Source of the DNA: Macrostomum hystrix
Taxonomy: Eukaryota > Animalia > Platyhelminthes
Direction: 5' to 3'
Assembly: GCA_950097015.1 (NCBI GenBank)
Contig: CATNEN010000004.1
Coordinates: forward strand, 62,001-126,000
Length of the DNA stretch: 64,000 nt
The notes beneath the pieces were generated by a model. It saw only the letters and a program-made list of their open reading frames with translations, was not told the origin of the DNA and made no database searches. How positions within the stretch are numbered: the first letter of the stretch is position 1; the number at the start of each line of letters is the position of its first letter. Positions 13,135-24,475 of this stretch are shown here, piece after piece. A program made the position numbers and the translations under genes.

Positions 13135-16100
13135 CTGAAAGGTGTACAGATAAAATTGTTTTTTACTGATAATAATAGCTTGTATAGTGGAGCAAAAAAT
13201 GGCATACAAAGTGAGCATCTAATAAATTTCAACTAGCTACACAAAAAACTATAATTTAATTTTAATAACTTTACCCTGGCATACTAGCAAAAATAATACT
13301 GTCATTACTGCCAGTATTTATAATATTTATAATGATATCCATACTTTATAAAAGTTGAACTTGATTATTTGTTTTATATATAAAGCAAGTTTTGGATTTT
13401 GCCATGCAAAGGGGGGTCAATGGCAGGGCAGTTTATACATTTGTCTCTCGTACCAAGGTCCTAAGCTGTATTTTGCAGCAAGGCTACATTCATTTAAGGA
13501 GCAACTGCTGAGAAAAAGCTGAAAAAGGTAGGGGCCTAATTAAGTTGGTCATATTTGGGAACTCTCCTAATATAACTATCACCATTAGGCCAGATATATA
13601 GCTAGCCTAGTCAAAACTAGATATCATTGGCCTTGGCCAACATTTTTTTCTTTGTGAATATGCCTAGCATATATATCTACACAAAACTATATTTTTTTGA
13701 AATATTGCTTATCAACAACAACAAAATACACTAGCAGGATAGAAAAAATGCTGTCATAGGGCACACTTCAGAGCCTGACCACAAACTAAGGCTGCACTGC
13801 TTGCATTAACCAGCAATAGCAGTCAGTTGACAAAATGTGAATTTGCATTTCATTGACTACTAATGCTTAGCAACACTTAGATTATAGCATTATGATATTA
13901 TATTTACATACCCAGCTATAGCCATAGCCACGACAGCTAGGCATGGGTTCTAGTTCTACTGAAGCAAACTAGCAATGCAATGCCAATAGATGCATATTAT
14001 TATTAATATTTGTGACTTGAAGCTGTTTAGTGACAGTCAAATTGGAAAAAGGAACACAGAGAGAACCAATTCTAAGAATTATGTTTTGCAATTAGAATAC
14101 AATCATAAAAAATCAAATGTAATATACATATTTCCAGTGTTAAGAAAAAGCCTAGGCCTAGTAAAATGTATTCAGCAATTTATTAATGCGAAAATAGTTT
14201 AACAAGGAAATATAGCGATATTTCATTAAACACAAGATAAGCCTTACTAATGGCCTTACATATGTTAAGGCTAGGCCTATTTGCTTTAAATTGCTTTAAA
14301 TTTGCTTTAAATTTGCTTTGCTTTAAAGGCTATTGACTAAATTCGTTTTTGGCATAACATAGGACAAAAATTTGTTTGTTTTACCATTTTTGTGTAATTA
14401 AAAGCGAACTGTATAATATATTATTATGGCTATATTGGTTTAACAGATGAATAATTTGCGGTCATAGTGAGATATCACAGGACAGCAGTAATTTACTACT
14501 CTGAGTTAAGCAGCAGCAGCCGGCAGTGAATCTGGTCATGGTCATGGTCAACCACGAAATGAAAGAGAAAATCTAACTCGCGCACGAGTTGAATTCTCGC
14601 TTTAGTTTCTAAGAAACTAGTAAATAAAAACGATTTGCTTTAAGTCCATCGATATGAAAATTTGTTTCGAAAGAAGCAGCTTTGAAAAGGCAAATTCTTA
14701 AAAAATTAACTTTACCTAGGCTCGCAAGTTGAAATGAACATTAAATTCATCAAAACTACCAGAGGCAAAAACGGAAACGCGAATGGTGCATTGAGGAAAA
14801 GTATTGTTGAAAATATAGTTTCTTGACTCTGCTTCTGCGCAAACGGAGTTTCCCGGTTTCGCCTAAATCATCCAAAGTAACTTTTCGGCGCCCTCCATTG
14901 AGCTCCAACAGCCAGATCCAACCCAAGAAGCTCGATGAGTGGCCCCCTCCTGTCAGTTTTTACTCGCGAATGGGCAGAATTTTTCTTCTTTTCTTTTCTT
15001 CAGAATTTTCGCAACCCTGCAACTACTATCTGCAGTCGCCGAGCATGGCATGCGCTGTCAGACAATATTGAGCGTTTCTAAGCTAGGCTGTCGGCACAGC
15101 TTGGCCAGCCAAATTAACCTACGGCGTCCGGAGCTTCTACCAGAGCTTCTACCAAACTCTCGACACCTTGGGGGACCACGATCTCACAGGCATAATACAG
15201 CTATGCCGGAGAGGGGCAGGAATTTTTAAGGGTCAGGAATAGCCCGAACTCGCGCCTTTAGCACTGTATCCAGGGGGGCGAGGCTGTTGTCCGGGTGGCT
15301 TCGGCTTGGCCACACCGGATTTCCGACGCTTGAATCAGAAAGCAGATCGGAAAGGGTCACGGTGAGGGCATTTGAACACGGCCTTCCGTTATGGCTAACT
15401 AATACGCGCGCGCGACTGTCACAGTATATAACCTTTCCTATTTCAATAAAGCATTTGGTGCCTTATGTTTAATTATATTATTCTAATTAATAATTTATTA
15501 GTAAATTGTTCAATTTTAAGTTCACGCGTTAGCGTGTCTATACCCCTGCGCCGCAGGGTATAGATGTACATACTCATCCTACAAAGCATGATTCTTCCGT
15601 TAAATACGAGTAGAAACAATTACTAAAAAGTATTATATGCAAGTTGAATATGTTTAATTCTTTGCTATTCAAATTACAAAGGGCTAATATATACATTTTA
15701 TACAGTTCAGTGTATATACATTATATAGACCTTATTAGCTCGCATTAATAAAATCAACACATGGTTTACACTTGTACGATAGTACACGAACTGTCGAGCG
15801 TACACAGCTGCAATTACATACCAGGATTACCATACCGTACACTTGGCATCACAACACACAAAGCAGGTAAAATATATTTGAGAACAAATAAAATCTAGCA
15901 CCGCAAAAGGGTAGGCGCAATTTCTAATTTAATTTTTTTCCATTTCAGATGTCTGCGAAAAAAATTGCAACACAAGTACGCTTGTATTGTAAACAATTTA
16001 CGAGCAATAGAAACACAAAAAGACAGGTAGTTATTTAAACAAGACACAGTACATGAACAAAACACAGTACATGTAAATATAAGCACTCTGTACGACAGAA

Positions 16101-16308
16101 AAGGTATTTCTGGTTCAATTAATATTTTTTCCCAAACCTTCTATTTTTTTAGAGTCTGAGTTTAAGTTCGAACTAGAGCCTATACACGTTCTGGTTCCGT
16201 GTCGATCAAAGCATGAGCAAATTGAAGCCTTAAATCACTCAGACAATTATTCTTGAGTACAATCTTTGTATCCTCGTATCGGTCATTCGGTGACCAAAGC
16301 CTAGCAGT

Positions 16309-19300
16309 TCACTGAAAGCTGACACTCTTCTTCCTACTGTCGGCCGCCACTCGCTTTCGGTTGCTATCAAAGTTCAGCGTCACCTGCATCTCTCCACCAT
16401 TGGTCACGGCGGTCACTGGCCCTGGCGAGTCTGGCGCCCTCTCAGTCCTCACTGCCGGCTTGGTGCTCCGCTTGCTGACCCTTGGCTGAACCAGCAGGCA
16501 GGACAGAATGTCCGCATGACAGGCGCGGCAGGTCTTGGCCTCCGATTCCTGCGCCTCCTTGGGCGAGAGCCATTCGCCCCAGAAGGTCATCTCGCCGCAC
16601 TCGGGACACTTCACCTCGCGGCGAAACCAGGCAGCTGTGAGAGTAGTTTTTAGGCAAATCTTTAATTGACTTCTTTTGCTGGATTGGAAAAGCTTGCATT
16701 CAATTTGTATATAAACGATATATACTCTTTATGTAAGTGAAGGCATTAGTGTTCTAACAAACTTACCTGGGTATTGTTTCAGCAATTTTTCAGCTTCTAG
16801 TAGTGCCGGGAGAAGACACTTCCACACGCGAGCCAACTGAGTCTTCAACGCGACAACCTCCTCGCTCTCTTCAACTGGCTCCTCCGTCGGGATTCTCTCC
16901 TCGCGCACATAGCTGAACGTCTCTTCCGACACGAGACCACAGGAGAGCATCACAAGGTAGGAGTTGTCTTCGGGGTTCTCTTTAGTCACCCGAAGCCACA
17001 CGCTGCTGTCTTCGGTGTCAAACGCGAGAACCCCGTTACGCCAGTGGTACTGATAGCGCAGCCTCTCCGTGTGCAGACAGACCGTGAGTCGCTCGTGAAA
17101 CATGTGCGGTGTAAAGCGTGTGAATCGAAATCCTGCGCAAACGCGCAGCTCAGCGCGCTGCCAATGATCCAGGGCCACTTTTGGTTCTGGAGACTTGACC
17201 AGGGTGGGCACCAGCAGGCCGATCTTAGACGTGTCCGTGATTAATGCGCCATCTTCGGCTCGTTCAAGATCAAAGTTGAGCTCTCGCTGATGCGGAAGAT
17301 CACTGTCTGTGTGCTCTTTTGGACCACCAATACGATAGCACCACTGCAGGCAGTCGCACAAGTAGTTAATTAAGGTAAACCGCCGCTTTCCAGTACCGAA
17401 GAGCGTTTTAAGAAGGCTGTGCGGCACGATTCCGTGAACCGTGCAGAGTTCCACCGCCTTTGTAAACTCGTCGGCGGAGAAGGCCCTAACAAATCGTTCT
17501 CTGACCTCTTCTTTGTCACTGGGGTCCATTAGAAAGTCATACAGGTTGTGACGGAACACCATGCTGGTGAGCTCAAACAATGCGCTTGGCCGCAGCACCA
17601 CGGTTTCTTTGAACGATGGCTCTCGTTCGTGGTAGATTGCGCGGCCGTTGTCGTGAAGGTACTGGCAAATCTGAGATGTCAGATGCCGTAGACCAAACTG
17701 CTTGTGAACAATGTTCGCCAATTCGTTGAAGCTGATTATGTTTTGATTCTGGCCGAAGTCGTCGAAGTAGTTGTCAGCGTCGCCCCAGAGAGCTGGGATG
17801 ACGCGCATCACTGACGGAAAGGTCTTCGTCTGGGTTGCCAGCTCTACAAGCACTGCTTCAAGGCGTTCAAAACCTAGCATCTGCGCACTGCTCGTGATGA
17901 GTGCCTCCGGGTGGAACAAAGGCTTGAAATTCTTCAGACTTAGATATTGCTTGTACTGCTCATTGAAGGCAGCGGAGATCTGATCAAGGCGCTCAATGCA
18001 GCCAATCTCATGATCGATGCTGGCAAGGTAGTTCTTAATGTACTCCTCGGTGTCATGCTGGGCAAGTTCTAGAACTTTCTCGGGCTTGACCGACTTGTCG
18101 CACAAGTCCGCTTTGGTGCCGATGAGGATAAAGACTGCGCGGTTATTGCGCAGGATTAGCGTGTCAATCCATTGGCCAATCAGCTGCTGAAACTTCTCTG
18201 TGCTGTACTCGGTCAGGTCGAACAAAATCAGAGCCAGCGAGGGAACGTGCAAGAATGGGAAGATGTACGGCATATATTCAAGATTTCCGGAGCAGTCCCA
18301 GATCGACAGGCTCAGAGGCCTTGGATCGGCCAGGTCGTCAGACGTATCGATTTGATAGTCGTAGATGTCTAGGCAGACTGTCTCCTCATCTTCCGTGCAC
18401 AAGCGTGACTGCTGGTCAAGGAAGGTCTGCACAAGACTGGACTTGCCGCAGCCACGTGAGCCCAGCAGAAAAACTTTAATGCCTTGGTAGATCTTGCTGT
18501 CAACCTTAGTCTCGTAGTAGTAATGCAACATGGCCTTCAAGCCACTCTCGCACACATCCCTGGGAGGACTGTTCAGTGGGTTGCCCTGCATGCTGAGCTG
18601 TTTGCTTGTTCTCCAGTCCAGCTTCTTAAATGCGGAGTTGGCAATCACCCTGATGGAGTTCGACGTCAAGTCAAGGTTTTCGGAAATCATAAAGACGTTT
18701 TCGGGGAATCTGGTCAGCTTATTGAAGGATATGTCGACTGACTCAATGAGCCGCTTGTTTTTGGTCTTCAGTGACACAGTTGGAATCTTGGCGACTTCAT
18801 TATTGCTCACTTGAAGACCGTCCAATTTTGGCAGCAGGAAGAGGTCAGGAATTAGGAACGTCAGGCGATTGTGTGACAGGTCGAGCTCCCTGAGGTTAAT
18901 CAGCCTCTTAACATCCACAGTGACGGAAGCGATGTTGTTGTGGCTAAGGTTTAAACACTCGAGCTTCTTCAGCGCATAGAAGTCTCGCGGTATCTCCTCG
19001 ATACAGTTGCCTTGCAGGCTGAGAACCTGCAGTTTGCTCAGCCTTTCCAGATACTTCAGGCTGGCAATCTGATTGTTGTCCGCCAGAAGGGTGTTGAGCT
19101 GGAAGAGATAGGACCAGCTAGATGGGATGGCCGTCAGATGATTGTTGCGCACACTCAAGCTGGCGAGTGACACTAAATCCTTGAAGCAGGTAGGGAAGCC
19201 CTCAGTCGTCAGGCCATTGTCGTCCAAGATTAGCGTCTCAATGTTCAGCAGTCGCTCGGCCAACTCTTGCGGGAAGGCGAATAGTCCTGTGCCGCTCAGT

Positions 19301-19608
19301 TCAAGTGTGCGCAGCGTATCAGCAATGCTGTGCACGTAGTCCAGGTTCTGATAGTACATGCTGTTCAGACGGGCACTCTTCGGTCGCTCCTTGCGTCCGG
19401 ATGGCAGCCGCTCCGGTCGATAATGCCGGTCGCCGCTGACTTGAATCTCGGCCAGGCCGGCCAGGCCCCATGGCGATTCGGCCACCGGCCTGCTGCAGTA
19501 GTTCGCGGCCTCCACTGAGAGCGGCGTCCGGTACAGCCGGCTGGCGTCCTCCTCCTCCTGGATGCGGACCTCCTTCCTAGTCCGGCCTCCGGGCCTTCGC
19601 CTGCTCAT
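16309..19608 (-). CDS. ROCO protein (LRR-ROC-COR), MFHAS1/MASL1-like. Exons 19608-16767 and 16634-16309, ~1055 aa
   Basis: About 10 LRRs (LxxLxLxxNxL). ROC GTPase motifs GSRGCGKS (G1), WDCSG (G3) and TKAD (G4). COR-like region PALW...LHDNG...VVLRP. The intron CAG|GTAAGT...CACAG joins YP|AAWFRREVKCPECG, and the last exon carries two CxxC pairs. Confidence 0.9.
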
Positions 19609-19795
19609 GACCGCCTTGAATTAGCTGAGCTCTCTAGATCCCTGGCGCCACCAACTTGAGTCTACAAATGGCTGAATGCTTTACCAGCAAAAAACTGTCC
19701 TGCGGTAGACACCAAGCTGCACGCCTCTCTCGATTGCTCAGATTTTCAGTCTTATTAAACGCGCCCTAGACCCTCCCCGTCGCCGAAACCCTATA

Positions 19796-19808
19796 GTAGC
19801 CTGGCAAC
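19796..19808. promoter_or_regulatory. Candidate RFX X-box (GTAGCC-T-GGCAAC) 188 bp upstream of the ROCO ATG
   Basis: Exact fit to GTNRCC-N(0-3)-RGYAAC. Confidence 0.4.
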
Positions 19809-20477
19809 ACCAAAAGAAAAAATGCACCGTACACCCTCCGCCCCACCGACCTGCCCGGCCTAAATAGAAAGGCTTCACTCGTCTCTCTCTCTCTCTATCG
19901 CCCGTCTCCAAATCTTTATTTTCTGTTCCAGGCGCGCTCACACTTACAGGCGAGTGCACTAAACCATTGGGCCACAAAAGAATACTTGACCGTCCTCATT
20001 GCGCTTGAGCGACGAAAAAATCTGAGGGACGGAGACACTGGGGGCCGCAGCTAACCCTTCACACAATGCTCTGATTCTGTCCATTTCACAGGCTGTGCGC
20101 GCTTGTGACTTTTCGCTGACCATCTACAGACTGACGGGATAATAAAATGTGCCATGGGCTTTGAAGATGCTTCACCGTAGTTTAGTTACCTCCACAATAA
20201 GTTGCTAGACTGAGTGTAAGAACTCAGTGAGAGCCTGAATGCATTCTACACTCTCATTAGACGTCTTTGAGTTACATTTTCACATTTTCTCGCAGCTCTC
20301 ACTAAATTTTTCTTCTGAAAAAGTGACACTTAACAAACTGCGCCCCGTCTCTCTTACTTTAGAGCGGTACCCGCTTCGAGTCTTTTAGCAACGGTCAGAT
20401 TTTTGTTATAATGATTCAAATAGCTCTTAAAGATTTTAACAGCAGGAGCTACCAAGCCCCTGAAAAACTATTTGACA

Positions 20478-20950
20478 CAGCGTTGGGTGGTTGGTTGATT
20501 GGTTGACAGACTAGGCGATGTTGTTCTGTGATTGAGCTGCGCCTAATATTTAGGCTTTAAAGTGAAAATATCGAAGAAATTCGCGTCAGGGTGTCCATAG
20601 TGGCTTAGTTCCACCTGTTGTAGCCCTTGAAGGTCAAGCAGTCCGTCTAGATAAAGGTAGGGGACCACCGAAGACGGAGATGATGCAGGCACATTCGGGT
20701 GACATGCTGATCAATTTTGAAGGCCTGGCAAGGCCGCACTGAGGCGCAGTGCCAGTTCGTGTATCCGGGTGAATGAAATACACTAGCGCTTATGGGAAAA
20801 ATCCGACCTTCGGCCTGAACCATTGAATATCTTGACGGTCTGAAGAGCTGGCGACTTGATTCTTGTTTCAGAAGATTAGCAACAAAAAGTTGGTCTTGTG
20901 TTCTTGAGTTTCGTGTGCTTGCGTTGCTCCATTCGGGTGCAGCACAAAAA
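20478..20950. mobile_element. ~470-bp dispersed repeat, copy A (MITE-like non-autonomous element)
   Basis: Collinear with and highly similar to 54311-54781. The flanks are imperfectly inverted (CCCCTGA / TCAGGGG). Confidence 0.75.
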
Positions 20951-21024
20951 GTGTCAGGGGACCCCCCTTTGGTAGTTCTAGTGTTAACAACAAATTTCTC
21001 CAACCGTAATTTCTATAGGCAAAG

Positions 21025-21240
21025 CCTGTGTGCAACTACTCAGTCCGTGGACTGGAGAGGCCATCGCAGCCACCCGAATTTCTACTTCAGGTGATTCTGG
21101 TACCCATTTTACAGCTATTGGTGAACAGACGCACTAGGGAATTAAGTGCCTTGCTCAAGGACATAAACTCTTGGGCTGAGATTCGAACTCCAGACCTTTC
21201 AGTCAGAAGTCCGAAGCTCCCAGCTTGAAGCCAGAAGCCA
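21025..21240 (-). mobile_element. tRNA-derived SINE (related subfamily, partial)
   Basis: On the minus strand: B-box GAGTTCGAATC, central ...AAGGCACTTAA...AGCTGTAAATGGGTACC block and a CAGTCCACGGACTG hairpin. Confidence 0.75.
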
Positions 21241-21820
21241 GACCAATCACATAACAGACTAATAACAGTAATGCGTGGTTGATTTCGCAGCCTTGATCTG
21301 GGAGATAATTTTTGGGATTCGCGTTAGCATTAAAAACTATAAGATATAACTTGGGTGTGGCCAATACTGCCCCCTATTGGACTGAATAGTGCATCATGGG
21401 CACACCCTGGCTATATGTTCCGGACCTTCACAACAGCTCAAATTTCATATGAGCTTCTTGCTTACCAACAATTGACTAGCGTACAGTAATTCATTTCTTC
21501 TCATTTTAATACCCACGCATTTTCATGGTTTGGTCATACTGCTTCTATCTCACACCAAATCCTCCTATTAGACTAGCCACAAACATAGTTGCTTTCACTG
21601 TACACAGATGTCTGGCAAAGGAAGGCGCACACTGACTGTGCGTACAAATGTACACTCAAGGACAGAGAGGAAAGACATGCTATTTAGGGGCAGAAGCAGA
21701 AGCGCTGTAAATGCATAGGTTAAGCACAATTGCACATGGGCTTCACTGCGGCGATTGCAGCTAGAAAAACTGCAAACGGTTGGGTCGCTCTTCAGTAAAG
21801 CTTGGAAGGTTCCCTGAGCC

Positions 21821-22645
21821 ATGGAGCCGCATCGGGTGCTGGAGCAACACGCCAGCCTGCCAGTCTGGTGCCTGAGCCGAGCCAATCTCCGCCTGGCTGA
21901 TACGCAGCTGCGCCCGCTGGTCGAGTATGCTGGCACAGTCAGCTGCGACAGCCGGCACTACACCAGCGATCTGCTTGGCCTATTCGAACTGCTCAATGTG
22001 CGCTACATGCGCGAGGAAGCCGAATGCTGCGAGACGATCCGGCTCAGTCTGAGCTGGCTGCTCAGAGCCTGGCTCCGGGCCAGCCCCAAGGAGGCCACCC
22101 TGGGCAACCTGTTCAGCTGTCTGCAACAGCTGGGTCGACCCGACATACTTCAGCGACTGGAAACGCGTATATTTGTCGAGTACTATCACGTGTACATCGG
22201 CTATGACAGGGTCGACGCTGCGAAGGCCAGGAGCCTGATGGACAAGCTGGTTCAGCTGGAGCCCAGCTGGCTTCTGCTGGACTGTCAGCTGGTGTCAGCC
22301 ACGGAATTCCCGCCAACAGCCGTGCTACAGAGATGCTTCAGCAGTATCCTGCTCGTGTCGCAAGCTTACCTGACTGGCAACTCCAGAGCAGCCAATCACG
22401 ATTATATGCGCCTACTGGTCCAGGAGAAGTGCAGAAATTATCCGGCATTCTTCATCACAACGGACTCCACCGCGGCTAGAAATTTGCCAAACGGAATGCG
22501 CCTGTTCCCAATCCTGTCCTGGGGTTTGCTGTCTGTAACCCCAAGGTTCCTAGATCAGGTGCGCCAATGCGTTAAGCATAGAGCCAGGGAGGTTGGTCAG
22601 GGCCATGCGATGCAAGCCGACCCGGTACAGATGGACCAAGATTAA
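21821..22645 (+). CDS. Intronless MyD88-like adaptor: N-terminal Death domain plus C-terminal TIR domain (274 aa)
   Basis: Strong Kozak context GCCATGG. Death-domain signatures SLPVWCLSRANLR and LLRAW...ATLGNLFSCLQQLGRPDILQRL parallel the recalled MyD88 SLPLAALN and LLDAW...ASVGRLLELLTKLGRDDVL. TIR-like YHVYIGY (box 1) and QRCFSSILLVSQAYL (cf. RCRRMVVVVSDDYL). Confidence 0.75.
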   Translation: MEPHRVLEQHASLPVWCLSRANLRLADTQLRPLVEYAGTVSCDSRHYTSDLLGLFELLNVRYMREEAECCETIRLSLSWLLRAWLRASPKEATLGNLFSCLQQLGRPDILQRLETRIFVEYYHVYIGYDRVDAAKARSLMDKLVQLEPSWLLLDCQLVSATEFPPTAVLQRCFSSILLVSQAYLTGNSRAANHDYMRLLVQEKCRNYPAFFITTDSTAARNLPNGMRLFPILSWGLLSVTPRFLDQVRQCVKHRAREVGQGHAMQADPVQMDQD

Positions 22646-22724
22646 TGCCGCCTGCTCAGCCTGACATTTCATTCTCACAGATTCTTCTTCATTGACATGA
22701 TCCCTCAGATTCTCTCCCCCCAGA

Positions 22725-23320
22725 TTCATTCTCCCAGATCCCCAAAAGGTTCTTCCTCTCAGATTCCCAAAAGGTTCTTCCTCTCAGATTCCCAAAAGGT
22801 TCTTCCTCTCAGATCCCCAAAAGGTTCTTCCTCTCAGATCCCCAAAAGGTTCTTCCTTTCAGATCCCCAAAAGGTTCTTCCTCTCAGGTCCCCAAAAGGT
22901 TCTTCCTCTCAGATCCCCAAAAGGTTCTTCCTCTCAGATCCCCAAAAGGTTCTTCATCTCAAATCCCCAAAAGGTTCTTCATCTCAAATCCCCAAAAGGT
23001 TCTTCCTCTCAGATCCCCAAAAGGTTCTTCCTCTCAGATCCCCAAAAGGTTCTTCCTCTCAGGTCCCCAAAAGGTTCTTCCTCTCAGGTCCCCAAAAGGT
23101 TCTTCCTCTCAGATCCCCAAAAGGTTCTTCCTCTCAGATCCCCAAAAGGTTCTTCCTCTCAGGTCCCCAAAAGGTTCTTCCTCTCAGATCCCCAAAAGGT
23201 TCTTCCTCTCAGATCCCCAAAAGGTTCTTCCTCTCAGATCCCCAAAAGGTTCTTCCTCTCAGATCCCCAAAAGGTTCTTCCTCTCAGATCCTCCAAAAGG
23301 TTCTTCCTCTCAGATCTTCT
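22725..23320. repeat. 25-bp minisatellite (CCCCAAAAGGTTCTTCCTCTCAGAT) just 3' of the MyD88-like gene
   Basis: Directly visible. Confidence 0.97.
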
Positions 23321-23859
23321 CCCCAAGATTCTCCCATCTGATTCTAGCCCAGGATTATTACAGAATATTCCCTAACAGATTCCTCCCTTAAGTAATCTGA
23401 ACAAACGCAAGACAGCTTAATGTGACATATAAGCCTAGGCTTATGTAATGAATAGAGAATATAATGATGCCGTAAGACGCCACGGTAGATACAACAAGTG
23501 TCAAGAATGGCAACACATACCTACCGTACAAATTGACATGGCATGCATGCTAATGATGACACCTGAATACGAAGTATTTAGTTCGTTTTGTAAATTAGCA
23601 ATTTATTCCTATATTTTATACGTGCTGCACCACACTGAACCAATTAATCTCCGGTCTACTTTTGCATGAAAAAGTTAATTATTACAATTACGATTGTGCG
23701 ATAAAAATAGACGGAGTTCATAGAATGCAGACTTCAAAATTGTAGTCCAGGTTCCAAAACTGATCTCGATTTCCATTTAAAAGTTGGTGTTGTTTGTATG
23801 TACTCGTATTTGTGCTTAGGTAGGTGAATAATTTTTGGGTGAGGGTGTCTTGGGGTCCA

Positions 23860-24475
23860 CCAACACTAGTTTTTGGGGTGGTGGGTCGCCACGACTGGTT
23901 TGTGTGGTGGTGGGTCGCCACGACTGGTTTGTAGGGTGGTGGGTCGCCAAGACTGGTTTGTGGGGTGGTGGGTCGCCAAGAATGGTTTGTGGGGTGGTGG
24001 GTCGCCAAGACTGGTTTGTGGGGTGGTGGGTCGCCAAGACTAGTTTGTGGGGTGGTGGGTCGCCAAGACTAGTTTGTGGGGTGGTGGGTCGCGACGACTG
24101 GTTTGTGGGGTGGTGGGTCGCCAAGACTAGTTTGTGGGGTGGAGGGTCGCGACGACTGGTTTGTGGGATGGTGGGTCGCGACGACTGGTTTGTGGGGTGG
24201 TGGGCTGCCAAGACTGGTTTGTGGGGTGGTGGGTCGCCAAGACTAGTTTGTGGGGTGGTGGGTCGCTACGACTGGTTTGTGGGGTGGTCGGTCGCCAAGA
24301 CTGGTTTGTGGGGTGGTGGGTCGCCAAGACTGGTTTGTGGGGTGGTGGGTCGCTACGACTGGTTTGTGGGGTGGTCGGTCGCCAAGACTGGTTTGTGGGG
24401 TGGTGGGTCGCCAAGACTGGTTTGTGGGGTGGTGGGTCGCTATGGCTGCTTTGTGGGGTGGTGGGTCGCCACCAC
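23860..24475. repeat. ~29-bp G-rich minisatellite (GGTTTGTGGGGTGGTGGGTCGCCAAGACT)
   Basis: Directly visible. The multiple G-tracts are G4-prone. Confidence 0.95.

Noticed and set aside
16729-22645. A single LRRD1-like LRR-ROC-COR-Death gene spanning both ORFs
   Set aside because: The two ORFs are on opposite strands and diverge, so they cannot be one transcript.
23860-24475. CRISPR-like appearance of the repeat arrays
   Set aside because: The units are contiguous with no unique spacers, there are no cas genes, and the context is eukaryotic.
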